This document shows positions 24,050 to 36,399 of a stretch of 64,000 nucleotides of DNA, piece by piece. Every line of letters begins with the position of its first letter. Within the stretch, counting starts at the first letter, position 1. This stretch comes from Bigelowiella natans CCMP2755 (Eukaryota > Protista > Cercozoa), in assembly GCA_000320545.1 (NCBI GenBank), contig ADNK01001335.1, positions 13,846 to 77,845 on the forward strand, written 5' to 3'. The notes beneath the pieces are model-generated. The model was not told the DNA's origin and did not search any database. It saw only the letters and a list, made by a program, of their open reading frames with translations. Made by a program: the position numbers and the translations under genes.

Positions 24050-25260
24050 AACAGCTAGTAAGCCTAGAAGCTAGCTAACAGCGGTTGAAGAGATTCAGAG
24101 CTCTCTGTAGCTCAGAGAGCACTGCTAGACTGTTGACTCTCTATCGTAGCATCGCTAGATCGTACGGCACATTTATTTGATACGTTGCGTTTCAACACAA
24201 TTTCCATGCTAGCACATCTGACACAATGAGTGCTGTAGTCGCGGCTTTGCACAACCATGTTAGGACTAGCTAGCTAGTTAGCTAGAGGATGACAATTGAA
24301 CAACTTTCAACTCACATCTGCTCAATTCATTAGTGTTCATTGCATCCTTCTCATTGTTCCCATCTAGCCATCTAGCTATAGCTAGCTAGCTAGCTAGCTA
24401 GCCATGCTAGCTGCATAGCATGCTAGCATGTATGCTAGATCTGGAGAGCGTAGCTAGGTAGCCATACAAAATTGCACTGCATTTCATGGCTAGGCGGCTA
24501 GCTAGCTCCGTCACAGAGCTCTAGAGCTAGCAGGCCTGCTAGCTTGCTCACACTGGCTAGCTAGGCCTGCAGACGACATGTACGAAGACTCATATCTTTA
24601 GATCTGCATGTATGTACATCTGCCCCACGCGCACAGCAGGCACAGCAGCAAGCTACTGCAGCTGTGCGAGTGTCTAGACATGCTAGCACACAGTAGATGT
24701 ACGTAGATGTGCTAAGATGCGCGTGCACACCTGCTACTAGACTACTACTAGACCTAGCTAGCTAGCCTACATGCTAGCATGCTAGTAGCGTGCTGCTAGC
24801 TAGCATCGAAACCGAAACTCGCTCTACGAGTACATCGTAGCTCTAGCTAGCTAGCTAGAGCTAGCCAGAGCTACTAGCTAACAGCTCTAGAGCTAGACAG
24901 ACGTACAGCTAGCTAGCTAGATGCAGAGCTAGAGACTGATTGCTAGCTAGCTAGACGACTGCACATATTCTAGCAATGGCTAGCAATGCTGGAATGCATG
25001 CAGCACAACAGCACACATCTAGCTAGCTAGACATGCTGTGGACATCGCTAGTCATAGCAAGCTAGATCGCCTGGTCGATCTGTTACAATGTGGAAATGTG
25101 GACTACGATACATGCTAGCATGCAGACCTAGCTAGCTAGAGACATCTAGACGTACTGGCGCGTGTGCATTGCGACTAGCTAGCTAGCTAGCTAGAGCATT
25201 CTACGTTACTAGATCTAGCTAGCTAGAGCTGCATTGGACAACTGAAGCTAAGATGATTTA
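24050..25260. repeat. CTAG/AGCT-saturated low-complexity tract
   Basis: About 70+ CTAG counted by eye in 1.2 kb, with (GCTA)n runs; no ORF. Confidence 0.9.
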
Positions 25261-25586
25261 CGTAACACTTCGTTTATGACCAGTATCGATGAAGTAGGTT
25301 TGAACTGTATGTGGCATGCCACTGGCACATACACCATAAGACTTCTTGGCGCGCAGCGTCGCGTCACTGTCAGGTGGCGACCAAGCATGCATGACTAATG
25401 CGAAGTTCGTAAGAAACACACGTCCCAAGCAAGACGAGTTCACAAGTTCTTACTTTCTAAATCACAATTGTCAATTTAATTTCAGGGAAATAAAGAGTGA
25501 TCTTTAGTGTACAATTCAAGTGGTAACTGAATAAATAAGTCTGACGAATGAGTGAAACTAAATATCGGCGATAATTGTTGTACATC

Positions 25587-28500
25587 TCAATTATAGTATC
25601 TCTGAAATTCAGAATTCGTATCGTACATAGGATTCGCATTCTGGTTTATCTGAGGATATCCACCTTGGTATTGGTTTTGACGATTCCATTGTTGCTGCTG
25701 CGCATGAGCAAATTCTTGCTCTCTTAATAATAGCGCTTGTCGCTGGATTTTATCTCTTTTGTAAAATTCTTCTTGGCCTTTCCCGAAATCGAACTTCAGT
25801 TCGTTTGGAATGTTCCATTGGGATGTCTTTGTTTCCTGATTATAACAAGTAATAAGGATAGGACTTATGAACCGAAATGTATTATAATGGCATTACCGTG
25901 TTAAAAAAGAAGATTTTGTAGTTTCCGTCTTGAGTCATGTGCAATTGATACATCTTCAGTCTTTCATTGCCAGCCATCACGTAATTCATGAGAGTGTAGA
26001 GAAATTTATTCCTCAAAACAGACGGTAAATTGCTCAATTCAGGAGATCTGCCATGCAAGAAGAAGAGCTGGCCACCAGCTACAATTAAGTGTAACCATAT
26101 ACTCTTTAACATTGGCATATTGATGCTGTCTAGGAATTGGAAGATTTGTGGCTGCTCCCATTCTAACATTTCTGGGATGCGATTGTTTAATGGCCAATTT
26201 TCTGGAGGGCTTGCTGCAATGATATAATCCTCTGGTGTGTTGCTGTAAAAAGCATTAATTTGTTGCTGCTGTTGTTGCCGGATGTCTTCCGCTCGTTGTC
26301 GCTCCAAGTCCTTCTCGAAATTCTCTAGCGCCCGTTTTCTCTCCTCCTCATTCAACGCCTCTGCATCTATGTGCTCGAGAAGTAAATTGGGCATATGGAA
26401 GCCATTCATCCAGTGGTTTGGTTTCAGATCGCCTTTTCTCTTCATGGCCATCTTTGCAAGGGCAAGTTTCGCCTTCCATATTTCTTGCTTCCGTAGATTT
26501 TCGTTTCGAGTTTCTTCATCCTCTTCTTCTTCCTCCTCCTCCTCCTCCTCCTCCGATTCCTCCTTCATTTTCCCCTTTCTACTCGATCTTCTAGAAGACT
26601 TTTTCTTTTTGCCGGCCTTGGACTTGGACCGAGTTAGTCTCCTGCGTCTGGGCGTGGATTTCAGTTTTTTCTCCATTCTAATGTATGATTGGTATTTCTT
26701 TAATGCGGCCAAAGCATCTTTTTGTTGCTCCATGTTTCCATAGCGTGCTAGAACAAACCACATAAGTGATCCTTGCGGAAGCTCTTTCCGACAATTTTCG
26801 TATGGGTTATAGACAGAGCTCTTTGCATCAGGTCCAATTCCGGCTGCAGCGCTCAATGCGGCTATAGTTTCTGCTGACAGTTTAGATCCTGACGGCGAGG
26901 ACTTTTTATCGGCACCCAAAACCTCCCCGTCGCCACTTTTCTCTGCCTCTTTCTTACCGGTCTTGCTCTTCTCGTCTTCCATTACCATTTTATTTTTAGA
27001 GATTTTTACGCTAATTGAAGCAGATTTGTCGTTTTCCTGACCCGGTTGCCAAGCCCCGTCAGCTTCTATTTTCTCCATTTCATCTAAAATCTTTTGCTCG
27101 CTTTTCGAAGCAATCGCCTCCAATGTTTTCTGTTCCTCCTCTGTGACTTCTGCATCTTTACTGCTTTTTATTGCGTCGTATTTAGTCATCGGAAACTCAC
27201 AGCGGTAGAGATCTTGCAAGTCGGTTGTCTGGAATACGCGCTGGACTTGTTTCTCATCCACGACCCGTAGGGCCAATCCACGCTTCGTCAGCTGCCTTTC
27301 ATATATTTTTTGCTCCATCGTGTCGTGGGATACGAGTCTGTAGACATACACATTCTTCTTCTGCCCAAATCGATAAATTCGGAATATTGCCTGCAAATCA
27401 TGCGATGGGTTCCAGCTGCTGTCGAAAATAATTGCGTGATTCGCACCTACTAGATTGATTCCCAAAGAGCCGGCCTTCGTAGACAAGAGAAATACCTTCT
27501 GTTCACTATCAGGCTTATTAAATTCATCGATGTCCTTCTGTCTGACATCACACTTGATGGAGCCATCGATTCGGAAGAAGTTTTCATTTTTATAATAATC
27601 CAAATGCTTTTCCATCGCCGTTTCCAAGAGATCGAGTGTGAGTAGACTTTGAGAGAAAATAATGACTTTCTCTCCTTGAGCTATTATTCTTTCCATAAGT
27701 TCGATCGCAACTTGAAATTTGGGCCCTGTTGTTATGTTGAGATCCAGGTCTTCTTCATCTTCGTCTTCATCCTCATTTTTTGGTAGGATGCTTTTGAACC
27801 AGTCGTGTTTCAATCCATTTTTCGCAACACCATGCATAATTGCGTCTATCTTCTCCCTTTTCTTCTGCAGCTGCAGCTTACGTTCTTCTGCTTTTGTTTT
27901 CTCACGCACTTTATCTAAATCGTCATCGAGCATAGCGTCTTCATCCTCGTCTTCGTCATCATCATTGATAAAAAGATCCAGCATAGCCCTTTCCTTCTTT
28001 TGATTTTGCGTACGATACCATTCCTTGTAAGCCAATCGAATTATTTGTGGATGATTCCATATCTTATTGAGTGAGTGATAGTCTTGGAACAGAGACCTAA
28101 AGTTACTAGAAATCAGACGATGCATTCTGGATGTAATTAACCAATGCTATTATTGTGTTAGTGTTCAGTTGGACCTTCTCGTAATATTTCCCAAGTAATG
28201 TGCATACAGCTGTTTTTGAAGAGGTGAGAGTGAAACAAACAACGTATAGACGCTTTTTTCTGGCAATTCGTGGGCGATGTCTCTATACCCTCTCCTATGG
28301 ACAAATGCCTGAACTTTGTTGTGAAGAACAAACGCTCGTTCACGCATAAGCCTAACGTCATCTGCATTACTATCTACACATTGGCCATTGAGGATCGGAG
28401 ATTCAAAACGATTACGGAAATCCTTCGGAGTCCCCAAGAAGTTTGGTCGTACAAAGTCGATCATGAAAAAGTACTCCATCAAATTGTTCTGCAGTGGTGT

Positions 28501-30480
28501 GCCAGTGAGAATGACTCGCCGCTGTGTTCCGATTTGGCTCAGGACTTTCGACAGACCCGTCTTAGAATTTTTAATTCTGTGTCCTTCGTCAACAACAACC
28601 AGATCTGCCATTTCTAGGAGTAAGGACTGGAATCTGTCTCTCATTTTCTCTTGCACTCGCTTGCCCTCGCACAAGTTTCGAATCATTTCATAACCAATAA
28701 TTAAGACCCCCCCTTGCCTTCGCCACTTTTCAAGAGCTCTCAATCTAGCCTTGTTTGAACGCATAACTTCTGCCATACTAACGATGCTTGGACGTTCATC
28801 TTCGTCGAGCCATTTTTCAAACTCAGCTTTCCAGTTTGTGAGGACATTAACAGGACATATTATCATCGCCAATCGGCCAATTCCACTAGCCAGAAAAGCT
28901 TGAATAATTGTTATGGATTGGAGTGTCTTTCCTAGCCCCATTAAGTGGGCCAAGATACAACCAGTGCCTTCTGAGAGAGTAACTACGTTTTCCTCCTCAT
29001 CTTCTTCACTCGAGTCGCTATTTCCATCTTCATCCGTTCCCTTTGTTTTCTAAATTGCATAGAGTTCAGGCTTTATCTAGGTCCTATGAACATAAAAAAT
29101 ATTGCTGCTACCTTTTTGTTGTCTTTGATATCGCATATGTTGCTCCAGATGAACCTGGTTCCTGCAATCTGATGCTTCTTGAGTAATTTTCCTATGGTTG
29201 CCGCTGCGAATACGGGCTCTTCAACTTTGGAGTGGTATGGGTTCAAGCACATCTTCTGTTTGTTCTTATTGTACTTTGCCCCTTGAGCCTTGTACTTCTC
29301 CTCCCTATCTTTTAATAATTCCTGCCGATACATCTGAAGCTTCATAGCCTAAATTTGATTTCAACTTAGGGTACAACTTTAAACAAAATTTGCTGAAACT
29401 GACCTTTTTCGTCTCCTCGTTCAAATCTTCGTCGTCAAGTATCTTATTGATATTTCGTCTGTACTTCCCCTTCGGTTTGTTCACATCTGATTTTCTCTCC
29501 TTCTTCTTTTTTTTTTTCTTCTTCTTTCCATATTCTCTCCAATCTTTCTTGAACGAATCCAGCTGCTCCGGAGCACATACAAAGCATTTCCAACTCTCAG
29601 CATCTTCGTATTTCTTGAAATATTTTTCGCCCATGTTCCTGCGGATAATTTCCGGCTCATATGCTCGAGGGCAAGTATCACAAACCCACAAGTCATCACC
29701 CTTCTTTGCAGACCAGCGGCAATAGTTATCATGGCCGTCCTCGTCTTTTGGCCATTTGCATACGTTATACTTTTTAATACAATTTCTGCATATTGCCGTT
29801 TGGAGGAGAGGATGCTGGTACATGAATTTGTCGGTGTATTGCTTGAAACAAACTGTGCACGGGTATCTCTTTTTTTCCTCCTTGACCTTGACCTCAGATT
29901 CTTCACTTTCTGCTTCAGATTTCTCCGCAGAATCTTCCCCAGAATCGCGATCATCATCATCATCATCATCGTCAGATTGATCTTCCGAATCTTCTTCATC
30001 GGAATCAATTCCAGATAGACCTTCCGAGTCTTCTTCATCGGAGTCAATTCCAGATAGGCCTTCCGAGCCCTCTTCATCGGAGTCAATTCCAGATAGACCT
30101 TCCAAGCCCTCTTCATCAGAGTCAATTCCAGATAGACCCTCCGAGCCCTCTTCATCGGAGTCCTTGTCATCGCTCTCACTGTCGAAAACTTTATCGTCCT
30201 TATCTTTGTCCTCTTCCCATTTTTGTCCTTTACGTCTTGTCATCGTTAATCGCTTAGGGGCCTTCTTCTTTCTGCCGGATCTCCTTGGTTTTGCCTCACT
30301 ATCGTCCTCGTCGGAACTATCTTCCGAATTATCTTCTATGTCCTCTAGCCTATCGCCTTTTTTTTTCTTTCCGCCCTTCTTTCGATGCTTTTCCTTTGAC
30401 TCAACCTCTGATTCGTCGTCAGATGCCTGACAGGATATTGCTTTCAATTTACAAACGTTGACCTTGATGATTCCAGCACA

Positions 30481-30522
<42 letters not shown>

Positions 30523-30644
30523 TACACACTTCTTCTGCCTAATCAGCTGTGTACTGTTCAACGTTATTGAGTAGATTTCAACATTTTTTGATAACGATGT
30601 GTCTATGCGTTAATGAAATACATATTTTATGGATATATGTATAA

Positions 30645-30680
<36 letters not shown>

Positions 30681-31585
30681 CAATATCGTCGTCGACATCG
30701 TTGGATCCGTCATCTTTGCCTTTGTGACGCCGTGTCTTCCTTGATATCTTCTTCCTCTTTTCTCTTTTTGAACGCTCGGCTTTTTTCCTTTCCTTTGACT
30801 TTTTTGAAGTTTTACGTTTCTTTGACTTGCTTCCATCGTCATCATTATCTCCTTCATCATTTTTATGTTTTTCTCCCTTCTTCTGTCGTTTCTTCGATCG
30901 CTTTGGTTTCTCTTCCTCTTGCATGCTGCTGTCGTCATCAAATATGTCTTCATCGTCTTCGCTCATTGCCTTACCGGTGAGCTTCATCGTTCTTTTGCGC
31001 AACTCCTGCTGATATTTTCGTTTCAATTCTTTCTTAATTTGCTCAAGCTCTCTTTTGCCAAATCCCTTTTTCTTTTTGGATCTTTTGGGCTTCTTGCGCC
31101 TAACTTCGAATTCAAAATCACTTTCATCCCCCTTTCCATTTTTCTTGCCTTTCTTGCTTTTCTTGGGCCTCATTATTATTCGGTAACCTGAGTCAGAACC
31201 AGAATCCTCGTCTGAGTCCTCGTTTTTCCGTTTACGTTTCTTTTTCTTGTTGGTAGTCTTGGTCTCCTCTTCAACGCTATCATCCTCAATTCCATCTTTC
31301 TCTTCGTCATCGTCCAAATCAAAATCCAATTTATCACTATCATTATCGTCGCTATCATTGTCAATCTCATCGTTGGATCCATCACCACCATCATCATCAT
31401 CGTCGCCGTCGACATCATCTGCTTCATCAGCCTTTCCTCTTTTTGAACGACGTTTCTTGTTGCTACTCGCCGACTTATTGTCATCATCCTCATCATCTTC
31501 TTCATCGTCATCTGAGAGCTTAAATTCCTCGAAGAAAGCATCGTAGTCGAAATCGTCCTCCTCGTCCTCTTCCTCTTCCTCTTCT

Positions 31586-31616
<31 letters not shown>

Positions 31617-31806
31617 TTTTCCCCTTCCTCTTAGAACGCCTTGACGATGTTACAGCCTTACCCCGAGCAGGTTTTGGAGTGCTGGATTGTCTTTTCCTGA
31701 TTGACTTCCGCACGAAAAGTGGACCACGCTGTTTCTTGTCATTAGAAGATTCAGAATTTTCTCGGTTCTTACTCTTAGCCGCCCGGCGAGGGACACGCCT
31801 CGGCAT
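25587..31806 (-). CDS. ATRX: ATRX-like SNF2 chromatin remodeller with ADD domain, multi-exon
   Basis: ADD-like CTVC...HPLLQTAICRNC...DEDGHDNYCRW...VCDTC...RNMG...WKCFVC; ATPase motifs GCILAHLMGLGKTLQ, VVVDEGHRIKN, LTGTPLQNNLMEY, FSQS, FRIDGS, LLSTKAGSLGINL, WNPSHDLQAIFRIYRFGQKK; acidic/basic N-terminus; last exon ETKTSQWNIP...QRYYN*. Confidence 0.92.
29990..30161 (-). repeat. 39-bp in-frame tandem repeat (~4 copies, DSDEEGSEGLSGI) in the ATRX-like gene
   Basis: Repeated TCTTCATCGGAGTCAATTCCAGATAGACC-like units on the + strand. Confidence 0.9.
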
Positions 31807-32664
31807 GAATGATTTTTCCTTCTGAGTACAGACATGTCCGTGAGGTTAACCCTCTCAAAAAAAAGCGCAGAAAAATATTAAAAGGTTGAACCATCCCTTC
31901 CCCATTCACTTCTGTCAACCAAACATCTAAGACAGGACCCCACCAAAGGTACTAATAAAAAGCTTTTAAGTCTTTGTAGTGTGTACCGAAGAGGGAACTG
32001 GTATGGGAAAGTCGAGTGAATTAAGGAGGGAAGGTGTATTTGGGTTTGGGTGTGTGGTTCGTTGCTCTGTACTCAGACTAAAACCAAATTTTCCTAATGT
32101 GGCCGATTTATGTGAACTGAACAAAGTCTTCAAATAGGCTAGTGCGACAATAAATGTTTGAAGTCGTTTCCATATAGAAAGGATATCTTCAATCTTCCCG
32201 TACTCATAGAAAGTGATGATTGCTCTGGTAATCTGTAAGTCTTACTGGTGTTATACTTTCAGATTCAAATACTCTGAAGCCAAAAGATTAATTTTGTACC
32301 GGCTGTATTTTATTTAAGAATTATTCCTAAACTAATTTACATTTCAGTAAATGTAGGCCAGATTAAGCCGAAAAATATTTGAATAATGAAAAGAAAGGCT
32401 GAAGATTTCCCTTGTCGTTGGGCGCGGCTGAGGAATGTGGCCGACTGACAGATTCGAGGGGCTCTCCAGAGACTCCCTTGTGTTTCTTCTCATCAGAGAA
32501 CCGAGGGGACAATCAGCAATCAGGAAAAACTAGAGGTTGGGGAGAATGTGTGAACATCTCACTCGAAGCAGGCAGAGGAAATCGCGAGCTGAGCATGGTC
32601 TCGTCGTCGTTGAATATCTTCTCCATGCATTTTCTTTCGAATACATGTGCACGTACATTTTCAG

Positions 32665-34302
32665 GAGATACAAATGCCGATCACCAATACGAAGACCTTA
32701 GCTCGAGAAGAATGGCCGCCCGATGCCAAGGAGCAAAAGTTACATGAGAATGCCTATTATAATTGCGTCTCTGAGTCACAGGTGAATTTCTGGTCCCCCC
32801 CCTCCAACCGAACACCCATGTGGGCGATGGAGTTCTTACTAGAATATGTATACATACCTCTTCAGGAGACACAACCACCAATTACTACTGCGAATGTGGT
32901 AGTCAGAGAAGGGGGCTCGCCCGATGAGAAAGAGGAGAATCTACGTGAGGAGGAGAACCCCTATTTGCATTGTGTCCCTGCTCCAAAGGTACAATTCTCA
33001 ATATTAAAAATGACGGTGCGTCTTTTGAACATGCCCCACCCACACGCACTCACACACGAACTTTCATAAAATATTTATTCGATACTGCTCATATTGAACT
33101 CGAACGTGTCCAGGTGTATACAAAGGAACGGAGGAAAGAGGCGCAACAAAATGAGGAGGAGAAGAGAGGCCGTTTTGTTTATCACGTTGACGAGGTCTTA
33201 TTAGGCAAGAGTCTCGGGGGTGGCAAATTCTCAACGGCAATGGCTGGTGTGATTAAATCTACCGGTGAAAAAGTCGCTGTAAAGCTCCTGAAGAAGGACA
33301 CAGGCTACAACGATTATAAACGGGAGATGCGAAACCTGCTCGACGTGGACCAGAATCCGCATAGAAATATCTTGAGATTTGTCGGGATCATGCCTCTGAA
33401 TGGTATGCAGTGTTTCATAACAGAGTGGTGTGAGCTTGGGAGTTTGGACAAGCTGCACAACAAGTTCGATCTGACGGAGAAGAAAATGTTCTTCAAGATT
33501 GCGCACGGAATTTTCTGCGGAGTGGGACATCTCCACGCCAACAACATGGTAGCAGTGAGGATTGGGAGAGAGAGGGGGGGGGGGGGGGGGGGCATGGAGA
33601 GGGGGCTACAAAAAAGATAAAAAGCCTTGATTTATATTTATCGAATTGTCTTCCTGCTTGAAAACGGCGCATATATATAAATACATACATACATATAATA
33701 ATAATAATATATATATATATATATATATAGATTCACAGAGATATCGCCTGCCGCAATTTGCTCGTGAAAAACGACTTCGAAGTCGTAATCGCCGATTTCG
33801 GCCTCACCGTGAGGGCTCCAAACAAAACTTACAAAGCTAGTCTCGCAGAGCGCCTTCCATGGCGCTGGACGTCCCCCGAGACCATGGCGTCTGGAATTTT
33901 CCGCTTCTCTTCGGATGTGTGGGCCACGGGGGTGACGCTATGGGAGCTCCTGAGTAAGGGCTCAATTCCGTTCCTGGCCGCACGTGGACCGCAAGAATTC
34001 AGGGAACTGTGGCAGTCTGGAAAGATAAAGATAGAAGTGCCACCATCCCTTGGCTGGGCGCTCGATGTGCTCAACTGTTGCCTTCATCCTCTTCATACGG
34101 GGAGACTCAAGCTGTCGGAGGACACTTGGCTGGACTTCGTAGCTGTAGCAGCAGCAGAGAGAGAGGATGGGGGTAGTGATCAAGCGAAAGCTACCAACAG
34201 CAGTAGACGGAATATTTTCACCGAGGAAGATGTTGATAAGCGTGCGAGCCAGGCGGTGATTTTAGAGAGAAAGGTTAGAGCATGTTTATATCTGCTACAT
34301 GG

Positions 34303-34339
<37 letters not shown>

Positions 34340-36389
34340 TTGAGTTCACGTACGTGGTTCGCTTGTACCTCTGCATGTATACCACAGTTCACGTACGTGG
34401 TTCGCTTGTACCTCTGCATGTATACCACAATAACATAATAGTGGTTTTGTCCACAGCTGTTGTATCCATCCATCATCGTTTGTCCTTCCTCTGTAAATAT
34501 TAGAAGGAGAAGGAAGAAGTGATTAAAATCGGAGGTGAACGAAACGGAAACTTTAGCAGTAATGCCGAGAAAAAAGAGGGGAAGCAAGAAGGTGGAACTC
34601 TATTATCCAACCGGCTTGATGAGCTCAAAGAGATCCAAAAAAAAATTAAAAACCTTAAGAAGTCCGACTACTCGCTTCTCGCTTCGATTCCCAATCCCTA
34701 CTCCAAAAATATCTACAATATGGCGAGCGCTGTTTGCATATTGCTCGGAATACAACCGACCGTCAAGACTGACAGTACGGATAAGACTCTCAGAGATTAC
34801 TGGGACGCTATCAGGCCGAGAATCAATCTCACGGAAGAACCCAGCCTCGTCTTTGCCCGGGTACCTGGTCTCAAATATATGATGCAGGAGCAGCTATCGA
34901 AATATCATCTCGGGGTACTCATGTATGCATTAGATTGGAAAAATTTGTCCCCCGCCACAATTAAGGCTCTTAGGCCATATGTGGAGGGGGGGGGCGAGAA
35001 AAATATTTCGATAGAAAAATGTCGGCAAAGCAACCCCTTGGCTCATTTATGCTCCAGATGGGTGTACGCTATGTATAGAACTGCAGCAGCAGATACGACG
35101 ACGATGCAGAGCAGCTTTGGTACTACTACTCAAATACTAATTTGATATATTCGAAATCATGGATGATACACAAGTAGGATCAACATTACCCATTACTTTA
35201 CTTGGAGGGCGGGGCGAGGGGGTCATGTGTACCTGCGCGCTCGTACAATGTTCCGACGCCAAAGTTAGAATGATCATGGGTCTAACTCTTTCCTCTTTCT
35301 CTTCACTCTTCGCGTCTTCTTCTTCTTCTTCTTCTTCTTCTTCTTCTTTTCCTTCTCCTCCTCCTCCTCCTCCTCCTCTTCCTTTTACATGAATCCACAG
35401 GTGAGATTGATGACCATTTCATCGGTCCCACGTTAAAATACGTCCCCGGTGGAGATGTGAACGGGCTATGGCCTCGAATCAACCGCTTCTCAGCAGCGAG
35501 GAAGGCTAGCTTTAACAATGCGAAGATGCACATTGTCAGATCGGGAATAGGAGCTCTGAAAAATCTTGAAGCCCTCGATCTTACCGGAAATAACCTAGTT
35601 AGTTTACCAGCTCAGATCAGCTTACTGTCCATGCTCAAGGTTCTCAACCTAAACAACAACTACTGTCGCCACCTCCCCCCGCAAATCAAATCGCTGTCCA
35701 AGCTCACAACGCTCCACCTCCAGCAAAATAAGCTTTTAAGCCTGCCGCTCGAGATCTGCACCATCCCCAGCCTGCGGGGTCTATACCTTCAAAACAATTG
35801 CCTTCAACAACTACCTGCTGACGTGCAGGTGCTCCGTAACCTCGAGCGGTTGAGCCTGGAGAATAATCAATTGAGAAGCCTTCCGTCTGAGGTCAAGGTT
35901 CTCTCGAAACTACACTGGCTTCAACTAGACAACAACTCCTTGAACAGCCTCCCATCGGAGGTTGGATTCTTGGAGAATCTAAATGTATTAAGCGTCGATG
36001 GAAACCGCCTTACAAGCCTGCCAGAAACTTTCAAGTTACTTCAGAACCTCAGAGAACTCAGCATCGCGGACAACAATCTGCCAACATTTCCGCTGCCGTT
36101 GCTTTCCCTCCATAAGGTCAGCCATTTATGTCTCGATGGAAATCGGATTTCAAGTATCCCAGCTGAGATTCGGACTCTCACTTGTCTGCAAAAACTAGCT
36201 TTGGAGAGAAACCTTCTCGTAAGCTTGCCTACAGAGATGAGCTCTTCGCCAGATTTGATTTTGGGGGGGATCCATGTGGATGGGAACCCGGCTCCGGAAA
36301 AGGAGCTCACAAAAAATATATCGTTCAAGCTTGCCAGGCAAAGATTAGGAAAGCTGCTGGAAACTAGCTCAGACGAGGAGGAAGATTAG
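32665..36389 (+). CDS. Tyrosine kinase with dynein-type microtubule-binding domain and LRRs (probably one spliced gene; 5' start uncertain)
   Basis: LGGGKFS, VAVKLLK, IHRDIACRNLLV, IADFGL, LPWRWTSPE, SDVWATGVTLWE. Phase-0 intron 34274-34503 joins the MTBD-like exon (AVCILLGIQP...DYWD...LCSRWVYAMY). Phase-1 intron 35120-35400 joins the 23-aa LRR exon (LxxLxLxNNxLxxLP). Confidence 0.75.
34343..34427 (+). repeat. ~43-bp tandem duplication in an intron
   Basis: AGTTCACGTACGTGGTTCGCTTGTACCTCTGCATGTATACCAC occurs twice. Confidence 0.85.
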
Positions 36390-36399
36390 CCGAGGATGA

